A stretch of DNA of 64,000 nucleotides from a virus, in IMG/VR virus record IMGVR_UViG_3300048905_000128; one strand, written 5' to 3'. Below, piece after piece: positions 16,343-25,172 of the stretch. The notes below the pieces were generated by a model, which had not been told where the DNA came from, did no database searches, and was given only the letters and a program-made list of their open reading frames with translations. The position numbers were made by a program, and so were the translations under genes. The first letter of the stretch is position 1, and each line of letters starts with the position of its first letter.

Positions 16343-16561
16343 TCAGCTCGTCAGCTGATATCCGCTCGCCACTCCCCCGCCGTTCGGGCCGACAGCCCGC
16401 AACACGCGGATCAGCCCCGCCCGTTCCAGCTCGCGCGTCGCACGCTGTGCAGTGCGGGACGACGTCCCGATCACCCGCGCCAGCTCGGCCACCGTCAGCG
16501 ACCGAGCCCCCTGCGCGCACACGACCCGCAGATGCGACAGCAGACGATCCCTCGCGGACAT
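16343..16561 (-). CDS. small winged-HTH regulator (72 aa; possible extension to 16666)
   Basis: ATG 16561 (MSARDRLLSHLRVVCAQGARSLTVAELARVIGTSSRTAQRATRELERAGLIRVL). Confidence 0.55.
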   Translation of the reverse strand: MSARDRLLSHLRVVCAQGARSLTVAELARVIGTSSRTAQRATRELERAGLIRVLRAVGPNGGGVASGYQLTS

Positions 16562-16822
16562 GCTCGACGATTCCGGCGCGCCTGCTTGAGGACGCGCATC
16601 ACCCACAGCTAGGGTCATCCCTAGACCAACTCTCTCGGTCACCTCTTCCCCTCGGGCGCCAACCATCGGGGTAGAGGTCTGCCCGCTCGTCGGGCATGGG
16701 CGAACCGTATCCCCGATTACATCCACAGCCGGGCAGGCTCGGTCAGCCCGGCGTGTCACCCCCCGACGGTCGGAACAATCGGGGACACCACTCGGCGCGG
16801 CGGCCCTCGACAGCCGCCCCAG

Positions 16823-17230
16823 ATGACCTACGCTCGCGGTGTGGCAGGACAAGAGCAGCGCACCACGACGCTCCCCCGCGGGCTGAACCGCCGATTCGGC
16901 GACCTCGTGAAGGCCCGCGGCGTCACCCGCGCATCCGTCCTGTACGCGCTGCTCCGCGAGGCCGCCGCCGCCGTCGTCGCAGGCCAGGGTGACCTGCTCC
17001 CCAAGGCCCCGCCGTCGGGGCGCCTCGAACGTGGCAGCGTCGGACCCGTCGACGAGGTCCGGTGGACCCAAGGTCTCGCCGAATACACCGACTGGTGCCA
17101 ACTCTACGAGTCCGTGGGTTCGTCTCTGGTCGTCGTGGCACGCGCCCGCGTGGCCGCCTACGTCGAGGCCGGTGGAGACTCGGTCCGGATGTCGTGGGCC
17201 GTCAAAAGGACCCTGAGCACAGCGGCCTAA
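16823..17230 (+). CDS. hypothetical protein with RHH-like N-terminus (135 aa)
   Basis: Track ORF. The segment TTTLPRGLNRRFGDLVKARGVTRASVLYALLREAA fits a strand-helix-helix pattern. Confidence 0.55.
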   Translation: MTYARGVAGQEQRTTTLPRGLNRRFGDLVKARGVTRASVLYALLREAAAAVVAGQGDLLPKAPPSGRLERGSVGPVDEVRWTQGLAEYTDWCQLYESVGSSLVVVARARVAAYVEAGGDSVRMSWAVKRTLSTAA

Positions 17231-17237
17231 CCCACCG

Positions 17238-17267
17238 TTGACCCCCCTTATATGGGGGGCGTATCGT
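17238..17267 (+). promoter_or_regulatory. candidate sigma70-type promoter (TTGACC, 18 nt, TATCGT)
   Basis: -35 at 17238-17243 and -10 at 17262-17267. In-frame GTGs at 17269 and 17275 suggest a leaderless or near-leaderless mRNA. Confidence 0.4.
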
Positions 17268-17268
17268 C

Positions 17269-18000
17269 GTGGGCGTGAACACCCCTACCCCAGGTGTTCA
17301 GCAGGTCACCCCGCCTGCTGACGCCGCGCCGTTCGTCGGCGCCCTCGTTCCCGTCCCGACCGCTGGCGCGCTGCCCGGTCTCCCCTCCCCCGCCGAGACC
17401 CGGCGCCTGCTCAAGGAGGGTGTGAACGCGGCCGTCGGCCGTGTCCGCGCCCAGCGGGTCGCCCAGAAGCCCGGCGACTACTTCCCGCTGATCCTCGACC
17501 TCACCGCGCTGCGGGAGCTGCTCGGCGAGTACGTCGACGCATTCAAGGCGATCATGGCGATCCTGCTGCAGGTGATCGAGGAGGAGCACCTCGAGGCCGC
17601 GGGCGAGCAAGACGGCATTCCGAACACCGGTCTCGACGTCCCCGACAGCGACGGAACCGTCGTGAAGGTCCGCGCCAAGACGTCGAACAAGCACGTCATC
17701 GACCCCGATCAGGTCCTCGGGCCCATCGCCGCACTCGTCATGGAGCGGTGGGTGATGCGCACCGTCCGCGAACCCGACACGGCCCTGATCGCCGCCGAGG
17801 CCCCCGAGGAGTACGCGATCGAGGTCGCCCGCGAGGCCCTCGCGATGATGGGCTCCGCGAAGATGCAGACGTCGCGGCTCAAGGAGCTGCGGCTCACCCT
17901 CGGCCAGATGGGACTGCACCAGCTCGCCGACGTGGTCAAGGACGCCGAGACCACCACCCGCAAGTTCGAGGGCACCACCGTGGAGCGCAAGACCGCCTGA
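17269..18000 (+). CDS. hypothetical protein (243 aa)
   Basis: Track ORF directly upstream of recT. The start may be GTG 17275. Confidence 0.65.
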   Translation: MGVNTPTPGVQQVTPPADAAPFVGALVPVPTAGALPGLPSPAETRRLLKEGVNAAVGRVRAQRVAQKPGDYFPLILDLTALRELLGEYVDAFKAIMAILLQVIEEEHLEAAGEQDGIPNTGLDVPDSDGTVVKVRAKTSNKHVIDPDQVLGPIAALVMERWVMRTVREPDTALIAAEAPEEYAIEVAREALAMMGSAKMQTSRLKELRLTLGQMGLHQLADVVKDAETTTRKFEGTTVERKTA

Positions 18001-18097
18001 CCGCGGGGTCCGTACCCCTGGGCCCGCGCCGCTGTACCCCGCAACGCCTTGACGCCGCGACCTACCCCGCGCGGCTCCTACCCCGGAAGGCACCGCC

Positions 18098-19741
18098 ATG
18101 ACGGCATCCGTACTCGACGCGCCCGCGTCGCCCGACCCCGACCAGCCAGACCCCGCGAAGGGCATCGCGGTCCGCCAGGGCCCGACCCCCACGAACGCCA
18201 TCACCCGACGGGCCACCATGGCCGAGAAGGTGCACTGGGCAGAGCAGATGGCCCGGTCGACCCTCGTCCCCGACGCCTACCGCGGCAAGCCCGCGAACCT
18301 GCTGTTCGCCTGCGAGTACGCCGAGTCCCTCAACCTCCCGACGATGGCCGCCATCCAGGGCATCCACGTCATCAAGGGCAAGCCGTCCGCGTCGGCCGCA
18401 CTTATGACGGCGCTGGTCCGCAACGCCGGTCACCGCGTGCGGTCCGGGTGGAAGCGCACCAGCGATGACGGGCCGTGGGGCATCGGCTGGTGCGAGATCG
18501 TCCGCAAGGACGACCCCGACTTCACGTTCCGCGCCGAGTGGCGGCTCGACGACGCCGCCCGCGCCGGCCTCTGCACGATCACCGCCGAGGGGAACCCCTA
18601 CTGCCGCTCCGACAAGGGCGAGCCGCAGAGCTGGGAGAAGTACCCGAAGGCGATGCTGACTTGGCGTGCGGTCACCGAATGCGTCCGTCAGGCGTGCGAG
18701 GAAGTGCTCTACGGGGCCCACTACACCCCGGAGGAGATGGGCATGGAGATGTCCGCCGACGGGGAGCCGATCATCATTGAGGGCGAGCTCGTCCGCACGA
18801 ACAACATCGCGCCCAAGCTGGTCGGGGATCCCGACCCGATCGACTGGGCGCCTCACATCGCGAAGGCCGGGACGGACCCCGTCGAGCTGGGCAAGCTCCT
18901 CGCCTGGGCTCGCAACGAGGCCCCCGAGGACTTCGTGCTGCACGACCGCATCAGCGGGGCGGTGCCGTGGCAGCTGATGATCGACGAGGCCGCCGACCGG
19001 GACGCCGCGGTCGCGCTGTACCGGCGGGCGAAGGGCATGCGCCCGAACGATGTCGAGCTGCTGGCCCGGATCACCGCCAAGGGCGAGACGTTCCCCAAGC
19101 CCGAGAAGGGGCCACAGCCGGGCGACGTCGACGACGACGGCATCGAGGAGGCGGACGTCGTCGACGTCCCGCCGGTCGGGTCGGAGGCCGCCGAGGAGAT
19201 CGAAGCCCACGAGGCCGCCGCCGAGTTCCACGCCACGCCGACCGCCGGATCCGACGCCGCCGAGGCGCTCGACGGCCACCAGCCGCCCGACGGGTTCCCC
19301 GCGCCCACGAAGGGCCGCAGCCTGAGCAAAGGCGACATCGCGAAGGCCGCGTCGGCGCTGGTGACGTTCCTGCTCGACGAGCACGACCTCGATATGGTCG
19401 AGCTGGCTATGTCGGAGGTCCACCCGGCAGCGGCCCGCACCGACGTGTCCGGCCTGCTGGGCGAGCACGCCGAGACCCTCGACGCGCAGGGCCGCACCAC
19501 CCTGGCGCAGCTCGCCGACCTCGTCATGGGCTACATCGCCCGCCACGGCCACGCCGTCACCGCAGTGGCCGAGCCCTCCGGCATCATCCACGACACCGGT
19601 AGCGCCCTGACCGACCAGCAGATCGCGGCCGCCGGGCTGGTCGCCCGGATGAGCGACCAGCAGGTTGAGGAACACTTCCACCGGTTCGCACGGCAGCAGG
19701 TCCGCGAGGCGCGTGACCTCGAATGGGATGGCGAGCTGTGA
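18098..19741 (+). CDS. recT: RecT-family single-strand annealing protein with long acidic C-terminal extension
   Basis: 547-aa ORF containing LVPDAYRGKPANLLFACEYAESLNLPTMAAIQGIHVIKGKPSASAALMTALVRNAGH, typical of RecT. GGAAGG SD. Confidence 0.85.
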   Translation: MTASVLDAPASPDPDQPDPAKGIAVRQGPTPTNAITRRATMAEKVHWAEQMARSTLVPDAYRGKPANLLFACEYAESLNLPTMAAIQGIHVIKGKPSASAALMTALVRNAGHRVRSGWKRTSDDGPWGIGWCEIVRKDDPDFTFRAEWRLDDAARAGLCTITAEGNPYCRSDKGEPQSWEKYPKAMLTWRAVTECVRQACEEVLYGAHYTPEEMGMEMSADGEPIIIEGELVRTNNIAPKLVGDPDPIDWAPHIAKAGTDPVELGKLLAWARNEAPEDFVLHDRISGAVPWQLMIDEAADRDAAVALYRRAKGMRPNDVELLARITAKGETFPKPEKGPQPGDVDDDGIEEADVVDVPPVGSEAAEEIEAHEAAAEFHATPTAGSDAAEALDGHQPPDGFPAPTKGRSLSKGDIAKAASALVTFLLDEHDLDMVELAMSEVHPAAARTDVSGLLGEHAETLDAQGRTTLAQLADLVMGYIARHGHAVTAVAEPSGIIHDTGSALTDQQIAAAGLVARMSDQQVEEHFHRFARQQVREARDLEWDGEL

Positions 19742-19974
19742 GCGGCCGCGAGTCGCGCCGGAAGGACAAGCGGCCCCGCTGTCTCGCCGACGGTGACAAG
19801 GTGATCTTCGAGTCGGAGGAGCAGGCCCGGTACGCCCTCTTCGAGGCCCGGATGCGGAAGGCGCTCTACCCGAACAACTACGGGAACCGCCGGGAAGCCC
19901 GCTACTACCCGTGCACCCGCAACCCGATGCACTTCCACCTGACCAGCCAGGACGAGCCCTCCCGCTCGCGCTGA
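19738..19974 (+). CDS. hypothetical protein (78 aa)
   Basis: GTG 19738 in GTGA overlap with the recT stop; sequence ...REARYYPCTRNPMHFHLTS. Confidence 0.55.
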   Translation: MSGRESRRKDKRPRCLADGDKVIFESEEQARYALFEARMRKALYPNNYGNRREARYYPCTRNPMHFHLTSQDEPSRSR

Positions 19975-19980
19975 CCCCAC

Positions 19981-20016
19981 GGCCCGGCCGCCGACCTACC
20001 CCTCGGCGGCCGGGCC
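19981..20016 (+). terminator. 14-bp-stem hairpin with CCTACCCC in the loop
   Basis: GGCCCGGCCGCCGA, loop cctacccc, TCGGCGGCCGGGCC. Confidence 0.55.
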
Positions 20017-20046
20017 CGACCCCTACCCCACAACCGGAGCCCAGCC

Positions 20047-20430
20047 ATGTATGTGAGACCCGACTTCGACCTGGTCGGCTACCTGCTGACCCTCCCCGAC
20101 GACCTGAGCCCCGTCGCATGGGAGCTGCACGAGCTGAGATGGATGCTGTCCGCGCTGTGCGCCGAGATCGGCACGCAGGCGTGGTTCTCCGAGCAGGGCG
20201 AGAACACCCACCCCGCCCGGCGCATCTGCGCCGCCTGCCCCGTCCGGTACGACTGCCTCGTCTACGGGCTGCGCAACCGCGAGGAGTACGGGGTGTTCGG
20301 CGGGCTCACCGCCAACGAACGCGACATCGTCCTCGCCCGGCACAAGCAGATGCGCCGCGGCACCCTGCCCCAGCCGGTCGCCGCCGCCCTGGCCGCCGCC
20401 CTCGACGACGACCAGGCGGTCGCCGCGTGA
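20047..20430 (+). CDS. WhiB-like transcription factor
   Basis: C-X24-C-X2-C-X5-C pattern (LCAEIG...RRICAACPVRYDCLVYGL) plus a GVFGGLTANER turn. CCCCTACCCC lies at 20020. Confidence 0.85.
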   Translation: MYVRPDFDLVGYLLTLPDDLSPVAWELHELRWMLSALCAEIGTQAWFSEQGENTHPARRICAACPVRYDCLVYGLRNREEYGVFGGLTANERDIVLARHKQMRRGTLPQPVAAALAAALDDDQAVAA

Positions 20431-20789
20431 GCACGATCGCCACCATCGGACAGGTCGTCACCGGCCACACCTGGCGCGCCAACAGCGAGGACGAGCTACA
20501 GGCCGGGCTCGCCGCGGCGCTCACCGCGGCCGGGGTCGACGTCGAACGGGAGCACCGGCTCGACGCCCGCAACCGGCTCGACCTGTGGACCGTCGACGGC
20601 ATCGCCATCGAGGTGAAGACGTCACGCCGCACCACCACCGCGGACGTGCTCCGTCAGGTTCGCCGCTACGCCGAACACGACGAGGTTTCGGCGGTCGTGG
20701 TGCTGTCGACGGTCCCCTCCCACACCCTGCTACCGGCGATGATCGGCGGGAAGCCGTGCCATGCCTACCACCTGCGGGGCGCTCTGTGA
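20427..20789 (+). CDS. PD-(D/E)xK (VRR-NUC-like) nuclease (120 aa)
   Basis: GTG 20427 in GTGA overlap. The motif DLWTVDGIAIEVKTS fits D...ExK. It is paired with the SNF2 helicase. Confidence 0.7.
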   Translation: MSTIATIGQVVTGHTWRANSEDELQAGLAAALTAAGVDVEREHRLDARNRLDLWTVDGIAIEVKTSRRTTTADVLRQVRRYAEHDEVSAVVVLSTVPSHTLLPAMIGGKPCHAYHLRGAL

Positions 20790-22510
20790 CCGCCACGTAC
20801 GGCACGCTGCGGCACTCCGTACCGGAGGGGAAGGGCCGCCCGGTGTGGGCGGTCAAGGCCGAGCCGCACGTGATGATCCGGCTCAAGCGCACCCTGCCCC
20901 GCATCCAGGCGTCACGGACCGGGGAGATCACGGTGGTCGATACCCCGGAGATGGCGCGCGAGCTCGCGTGGTTCATGGACCGGTTCCCGCTCACCGTCGA
21001 CCCGATCGCCCGGGCTCGCCTCGACAAGCGGCTGGGCGAGCACCGGGCACGTGAGGAGGACGTCGCCGCTGTGCTGCAGGGCAACGGCGGGTTACCCGGC
21101 CTCGTCGAACCGGCACGGACGCCGCGGGACTATCAGCAGGTCGCGGCGGCGATGATGCGCGCCTCCCGGCGCATGATCCTCGGCGACGACCTCGGGCTGG
21201 GGAAGACGTTCGAGAGCCTGCTGCTGCTCGCCCAGGAGGACGCGCTCCCCGCGCTCGTCGTGACCCAGACGCACCTGCCGTGGCAGTGGATCGGGGAGCT
21301 GGGGCAGACGTGGCCGCTGCTGCTCGGTCACATCCTGCGGGGCACGAAGCCGTACGACCTGGCGAACATCCGCGCGCACCGCGGCTATGTGCCCGACGTG
21401 CTCGTGTCCGGGTACTCGCGGGTCGCGGGCTGGGCCGACACGCTGGCCGGGAAGATCAAAACGGTGATCTTGGACGAGTGCCAGGAGCTGCGTAACGGGG
21501 TGGAGACGGCGAAGGGCACGGCGATCGCGCAGATCGCCGACCAGGCGAACTACGTGGTGGGGCTGTCCGCGACGCCGATCTACAACTACGGCGAGGAGAT
21601 GTGGAGCATCCTGTCGATCATCGCGCCCGACGCGTTGGGTGACAGACAGGAGTTTCGGCGCGAGTGGTGCAAGAACGTCACCCAGAACGGGCACGCGATC
21701 GTCGAGAACCCGGCCGCGCTCGGCGGCTACCTGCGCGACCAAGGGCTGTTCCTTCGCAGGACGCGCGCCGAGGTGGGCCGCGAGCTGGGCAGCGAACCGC
21801 AGCGGATCCGCGTCGACGTCGAGTCCGACCCGAAGGCCCTCGAAGCGCTCAAGGCCGACACCCTCGCGCTCGCCCGGCTGATCCTCGACCAGTCCACCGA
21901 GCACACCCGCCGCTTCGTCGCCATGGGCAGCCTCGACGCCCAGATTCGGCAGGCCACCGGCATAGCGAAGGCCCCGTACGTGGCCGCGTTCGTGCGGCTG
22001 CTCCTCGAGTCCACGCCGAAGCTCGTCCTGTTCGGCTGGCACCACAGCGTGTACGACATCTGGCGGGAGGAGCTGGCCGACGCCAACCCGGTGTTCTACA
22101 CCGGCGACGAGACCGCGGCGCAGAAGCGCAAGGCGGTGGAGGCGTTCATCGACGGTGACGCCCGCGTGCTCGTCATGTCGCTGCGGTCCGGGGCCGGTCT
22201 CGACGGACTGCAGAAGGCGACGTCGGTGTGCGTGTTCGGCGAGCTGGGCTGGTCGCCCGGCGTGCACGCGCAGGCGATTGGCAGGCTGCAGCGCGATGGG
22301 CAGGCCGCCCCGGTGCTCGCCTACTTCCCCGTGTCCGATGGCGGATCCGATCCGGTGATGGACTCGGTGCTGCAGCTCAAGTCCGCGCAGGCCGAGCCGA
22401 TGCTTGACCCCGACGCGCCTGTGTTCGTCCCGACCGCCGAGGACGCCGCCGACCACGTCCGGCTCCTCGCCGAGCAGCTCGTCGCGCGCGCCGCCACCGA
22501 CGCCGCCTGA
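20786..22510 (+). CDS. SNF2/DEAD-like helicase (574 aa)
   Basis: GTG 20786 in GTGA overlap. Motifs DDLGLGKT (I), VILDECQ (II), LSATPIYN (III) and QAIGRLQRDGQ (VI). Confidence 0.85.
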   Translation: MTATYGTLRHSVPEGKGRPVWAVKAEPHVMIRLKRTLPRIQASRTGEITVVDTPEMARELAWFMDRFPLTVDPIARARLDKRLGEHRAREEDVAAVLQGNGGLPGLVEPARTPRDYQQVAAAMMRASRRMILGDDLGLGKTFESLLLLAQEDALPALVVTQTHLPWQWIGELGQTWPLLLGHILRGTKPYDLANIRAHRGYVPDVLVSGYSRVAGWADTLAGKIKTVILDECQELRNGVETAKGTAIAQIADQANYVVGLSATPIYNYGEEMWSILSIIAPDALGDRQEFRREWCKNVTQNGHAIVENPAALGGYLRDQGLFLRRTRAEVGRELGSEPQRIRVDVESDPKALEALKADTLALARLILDQSTEHTRRFVAMGSLDAQIRQATGIAKAPYVAAFVRLLLESTPKLVLFGWHHSVYDIWREELADANPVFYTGDETAAQKRKAVEAFIDGDARVLVMSLRSGAGLDGLQKATSVCVFGELGWSPGVHAQAIGRLQRDGQAAPVLAYFPVSDGGSDPVMDSVLQLKSAQAEPMLDPDAPVFVPTAEDAADHVRLLAEQLVARAATDAA

Positions 22511-22521
22511 ACTCCGAGAGC

Positions 22522-22890
22522 GTGGCCCGCCGGATCGTCCGCGAACGATCCGGCGGGGTGTGCGAGGGCTGCGGTGCGGCCAGGGCGACGAGCTGGTCGC
22601 ACCGGATCGGCCGCGGCGTGGGCGGGTGGTGGTCGCCCGAGAACGGCCTCGACCTATGCGGGGACGGCGTCACCGGATGCCATGGGTGGGCGACCAGGGA
22701 ACGGCACGCGACCAGGCCGGACGCTGCGCGGGCGAAGGGGTGGGTGATCCGATCGACGGACGACCCGGCGACGTTCCCGGCGCTGACCGCGATGTGGGGA
22801 TGGGTGCAGCTCACCGAGGACGGGCTCTATATCCCATCCGACCCACCCGAAATTAGTGGGGTCAGAAACGTGAGACTTGGTGTATGGTGA
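22522..22890 (+). CDS. HNH endonuclease
   Basis: CEGCG...SHRIGRGVGGWWSPENGLDLCGDGVTGCH. The 3' end overlaps promoter repeat copy 7. Confidence 0.8.
   Translation: MARRIVRERSGGVCEGCGAARATSWSHRIGRGVGGWWSPENGLDLCGDGVTGCHGWATRERHATRPDAARAKGWVIRSTDDPATFPALTAMWGWVQLTEDGLYIPSDPPEISGVRNVRLGVW
22853..22888 (+). promoter_or_regulatory. repeated promoter/operator cassette, copy 7
   Basis: TTAGTGGGGTCAGAAA, a 14-nt spacer, then TATGGT. It is followed by the CCCTAGAC-N5-GTCTA palindrome (22896-22913) and CCCCTACCCC (22914). Confidence 0.6.
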
Positions 22891-22938
22891 AAGCACCCTA
22901 GACGGGTTGTCTACCCCTACCCCGACCGGAGCGCCGCC

Positions 22939-23436
22939 ATGACGAAGCCCCGCACGACCTGCCCGAGCTGCAACCGCAACGTCGCGATCGTGTCCAAATC
23001 CGGCGGGCTCGCCTACCACCGCTGCGAGCCCGTAGACCTCACCGAGGCCCGCGCCAACGTCATCCGCCACCGGGGCGCACGGGAGCGCGCCGTCCAGCTG
23101 CGCCGCGAGGTCCCCGCCGTGCTCCGCCGCGCCCTGGTCCGCGGCACCACCACCACCGTCGTCCTCGGCGCTCTCGGCGGGGTCGGTGTCGCCACCAGCT
23201 CTGTCGTGTGGCTCGCCTGGATCGCCGTGGTCGCCGCCGGGCTGGTCGCTCTGGTCACCGGGTGGTTCATCGAGACCACCGCCCGTGCTGTCCCCCGGCT
23301 CGACGCCGCGATCGTCGCGGCAACCGAGAAGTGCGGCCGGGCTGTGGACGAGCTGCGGGCGGTCGAGGCGTCCCTCCCGCTGCACGTCGTGTTCCCCGAG
23401 GTTTACCCGGCCCCGGAGGACCCCCACCACATCTAG
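22939..23436 (+). CDS. membrane protein with N-terminal CxxC...HxC zinc-ribbon-like motif (165 aa)
   Basis: Track ORF with two adjacent transmembrane helices (VVLGALGGVGVATSSVVWLAWIAVVAAGLVALVTGWF). Confidence 0.65.
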   Translation: MTKPRTTCPSCNRNVAIVSKSGGLAYHRCEPVDLTEARANVIRHRGARERAVQLRREVPAVLRRALVRGTTTTVVLGALGGVGVATSSVVWLAWIAVVAAGLVALVTGWFIETTARAVPRLDAAIVAATEKCGRAVDELRAVEASLPLHVVFPEVYPAPEDPHHI

Positions 23437-23440
23437 CAAG

Positions 23441-23476
23441 TTTCTGGGGTCAAAAACGGTCGGTGTGGTGTATGGT
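23441..23476 (+). promoter_or_regulatory. repeated promoter/operator cassette, copy 8
   Basis: TTTCTGGGGTCAAAAA, a 14-nt spacer, then TATGGT, followed by GACCCCTACCCCAGGAGatcgacATG. Confidence 0.6.
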
Positions 23477-23515
23477 GAAACCAAGCAACCGAGACCCCTA
23501 CCCCAGGAGATCGAC

Positions 23516-24202
23516 ATGACCGCCACCGCCACCACCTACCGCGGAGCCAAGGAGATCGCCGCAGACATCCGCAAGGCCGTCCGCGCCGCCACCAAGGACG
23601 AGAACGACGTCCTGTCCGGCATGAAGATCAGCGTGCGCACCCGCTACGCCTCGATGATGTCCGCGATCGACATCGTCATCGGCGCCGCGTTCGGCGACCT
23701 CTCCGAGGCCGACCCCGACGCCCCCGAGTGGAACCCCGAGCAGCGCCGCTGGACCGCCCCGGCCGTCGCCGTCATCGCCCGGCTGTACGAGCTGGCCGCC
23801 GAGGGGATGGCGTGGGCCGACAACACCATGCACTTCTGCGGCGTCTCCACCGAGGACGGCGTCAGCGCCCCCACCGAGTACCACCTCGGCGCTCTGGTGG
23901 CCCGATACCGGGACGAGGCCGAGTGCGCCGCCGCCGAGGCCGCGGCCGCCGCGCAGGCTGACGAGCCGGCTCCGACCGTCGTCGTCGACCCGGCCCCGGC
24001 CCGCCCGGTCCTGCACCTCATCACCGCCGACGAGGCCCTGATCCTCGAGTCCCTCGGCGGCACCTACGGCGACGTCGCCCAGACCGTCGCCCAGCTCGCC
24101 GTCGAGGCCGGGATCCAGGACAGCACGATCAGCGACCCCGCCCGGACGGCGGCCCGGTTCCGGGCGGTGTTCGCCGCCCTCGACGTCGAGCCCCCCGCCT
24201 GA
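23516..24202 (+). CDS. hypothetical protein (228 aa)
   Basis: Internal ATG 23516 (MTATATTYRGAKEIAADIRK...) of ORF 23186..24202. Confidence 0.65.
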   Translation: MTATATTYRGAKEIAADIRKAVRAATKDENDVLSGMKISVRTRYASMMSAIDIVIGAAFGDLSEADPDAPEWNPEQRRWTAPAVAVIARLYELAAEGMAWADNTMHFCGVSTEDGVSAPTEYHLGALVARYRDEAECAAAEAAAAAQADEPAPTVVVDPAPARPVLHLITADEALILESLGGTYGDVAQTVAQLAVEAGIQDSTISDPARTAARFRAVFAALDVEPPA

Positions 24203-24273
24203 TCCCCGGGCCCGGCCGCACACCCCGGCGGCCGGGCCCGTCACGACCCCTACCCCACGCAAGGAGGGCCACC

Positions 24274-24441
24274 GTGCCCGAGCTCCCCGACTACTACCCG
24301 CCCACCCCCGCCTACGGGACCCGGATCGTCTGGGTCAAACAGTGCACCTGCTCCGGGCCGCCCCACGAGCCGAACTGCGGGCAGGTCCCCGCCGACGAGC
24401 TGCCCGGTTCCGGGTTCACGCAGACGTTCGGGCCCCGATGA
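24274..24441 (+). CDS. hypothetical protein (55 aa)
   Basis: Hand-translated, because it falls below the track cutoff: VPELPDYYPPTPAYGTRIVWVKQCTCSGPPHEPNCGQ... CCCCTACCCC at 24247 and AAGGAGGG SD. ATGA overlap with the next gene. Confidence 0.45.
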   Translation: MPELPDYYPPTPAYGTRIVWVKQCTCSGPPHEPNCGQVPADELPGSGFTQTFGPR

Positions 24442-24671
24442 CCGACTGCGAGACGTGCACCAGCCCGGCAACCCGTGAACGCTCCTTCGTGCGGACGGTG
24501 GGCGTCGACGAGCCCGAGGGCGGCGCCTACGCCTCCTGCGACAACCCCGAGTGTGACCAGGAATCCCACGACTACATCACGGCTGTAGGCCACTACATCG
24601 AAACCTATTTACTGTCCCCGGAAATCCGGTACGCTGGCGGGGAACCGATCATCGTGGAGGAGAGGAGATGA
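24438..24671 (+). CDS. hypothetical Cys-rich protein (77 aa)
   Basis: ATG 24438 (MTDCETCTSPATRE...). Confidence 0.55.
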   Translation: MTDCETCTSPATRERSFVRTVGVDEPEGGAYASCDNPECDQESHDYITAVGHYIETYLLSPEIRYAGGEPIIVEERR

Positions 24672-25120
24672 CCGTCATGAACACCGTCACGAAGCTACCG
24701 ACCAAGGTCGCCGACCTGGCCGATCTCATCAGGCAGCACACCGACGACCCGGAGGGCGAGCAGATCCTCCGCGCGAAGCTCATCGACCAGGAGGGCGACA
24801 AGCGGGCCGAACGGCTGTGGCTGCGCTCCCTCGGCCACCTCGAGGCCGCCCGCAAGCGCGCCGAGCGGGAGGCCGCCGAGGCCGCGAAACCCAAGCGCGG
24901 CCCCGGACGGCCACCGGTGAACCCGGACGGCACGAACACCCGCCCCAAGTGGACGCCCGCCCCCGGCCAGCTCAAGCGGATCGAGCGGGTCGTCCACACC
25001 CGCCAGGCCACCCCCAGCGACGGCCGCACCGACCCCACCGACACGAGCTCGGCAACCCGCGAAGCCGTCGAACTGTGGCTGCAGCACTGGGAGAAGGAGC
25101 TGAACCTCCCCCGCGCGTAG
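24668..25120 (+). CDS. hypothetical protein (150 aa)
   Basis: Track ORF with a GGAGGAGAGGAG SD and ATGA overlap. Confidence 0.65.
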   Translation: MTVMNTVTKLPTKVADLADLIRQHTDDPEGEQILRAKLIDQEGDKRAERLWLRSLGHLEAARKRAEREAAEAAKPKRGPGRPPVNPDGTNTRPKWTPAPGQLKRIERVVHTRQATPSDGRTDPTDTSSATREAVELWLQHWEKELNLPRA

Positions 25121-25131
25121 CCCGACACGAC

Positions 25132-25166
25132 GAGGGCCCCCGATCCGATCCGGATCGGGGGCCCTC
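25132..25166. terminator. bidirectional hairpin between convergent modules
   Basis: GAGGGCCCCCGATCCG, loop atc, CGGATCGGGGGCCCTC: a 16-bp perfect stem. Confidence 0.65.
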
Positions 25167-25172
25167 CTGCGT

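Noticed and set aside
15798-16520. 240-aa ORF spanning the AT-richer island.
   Set aside because: Codon third positions are A/T-rich (TAT TTG, AAA TTC CGT TGT, ATT CAA ATG TTT), unlike every confident gene here. It is treated as non-coding.
18062-22456. Minus-strand ORFs of 685 aa and 454 aa.
   Set aside because: They are antisense to RecT and the SNF2 helicase, both of which have clear family motifs. The antisense products are Arg/Gly-rich.
24618-24636. TTTACTGTCCCCGGAAAT inside gene 24438..24671, resembling the 16-bp operator.
   Set aside because: It needs two insertions relative to the consensus and has no TAGGGT-like hexamer at the fixed spacing. It is probably coincidental.
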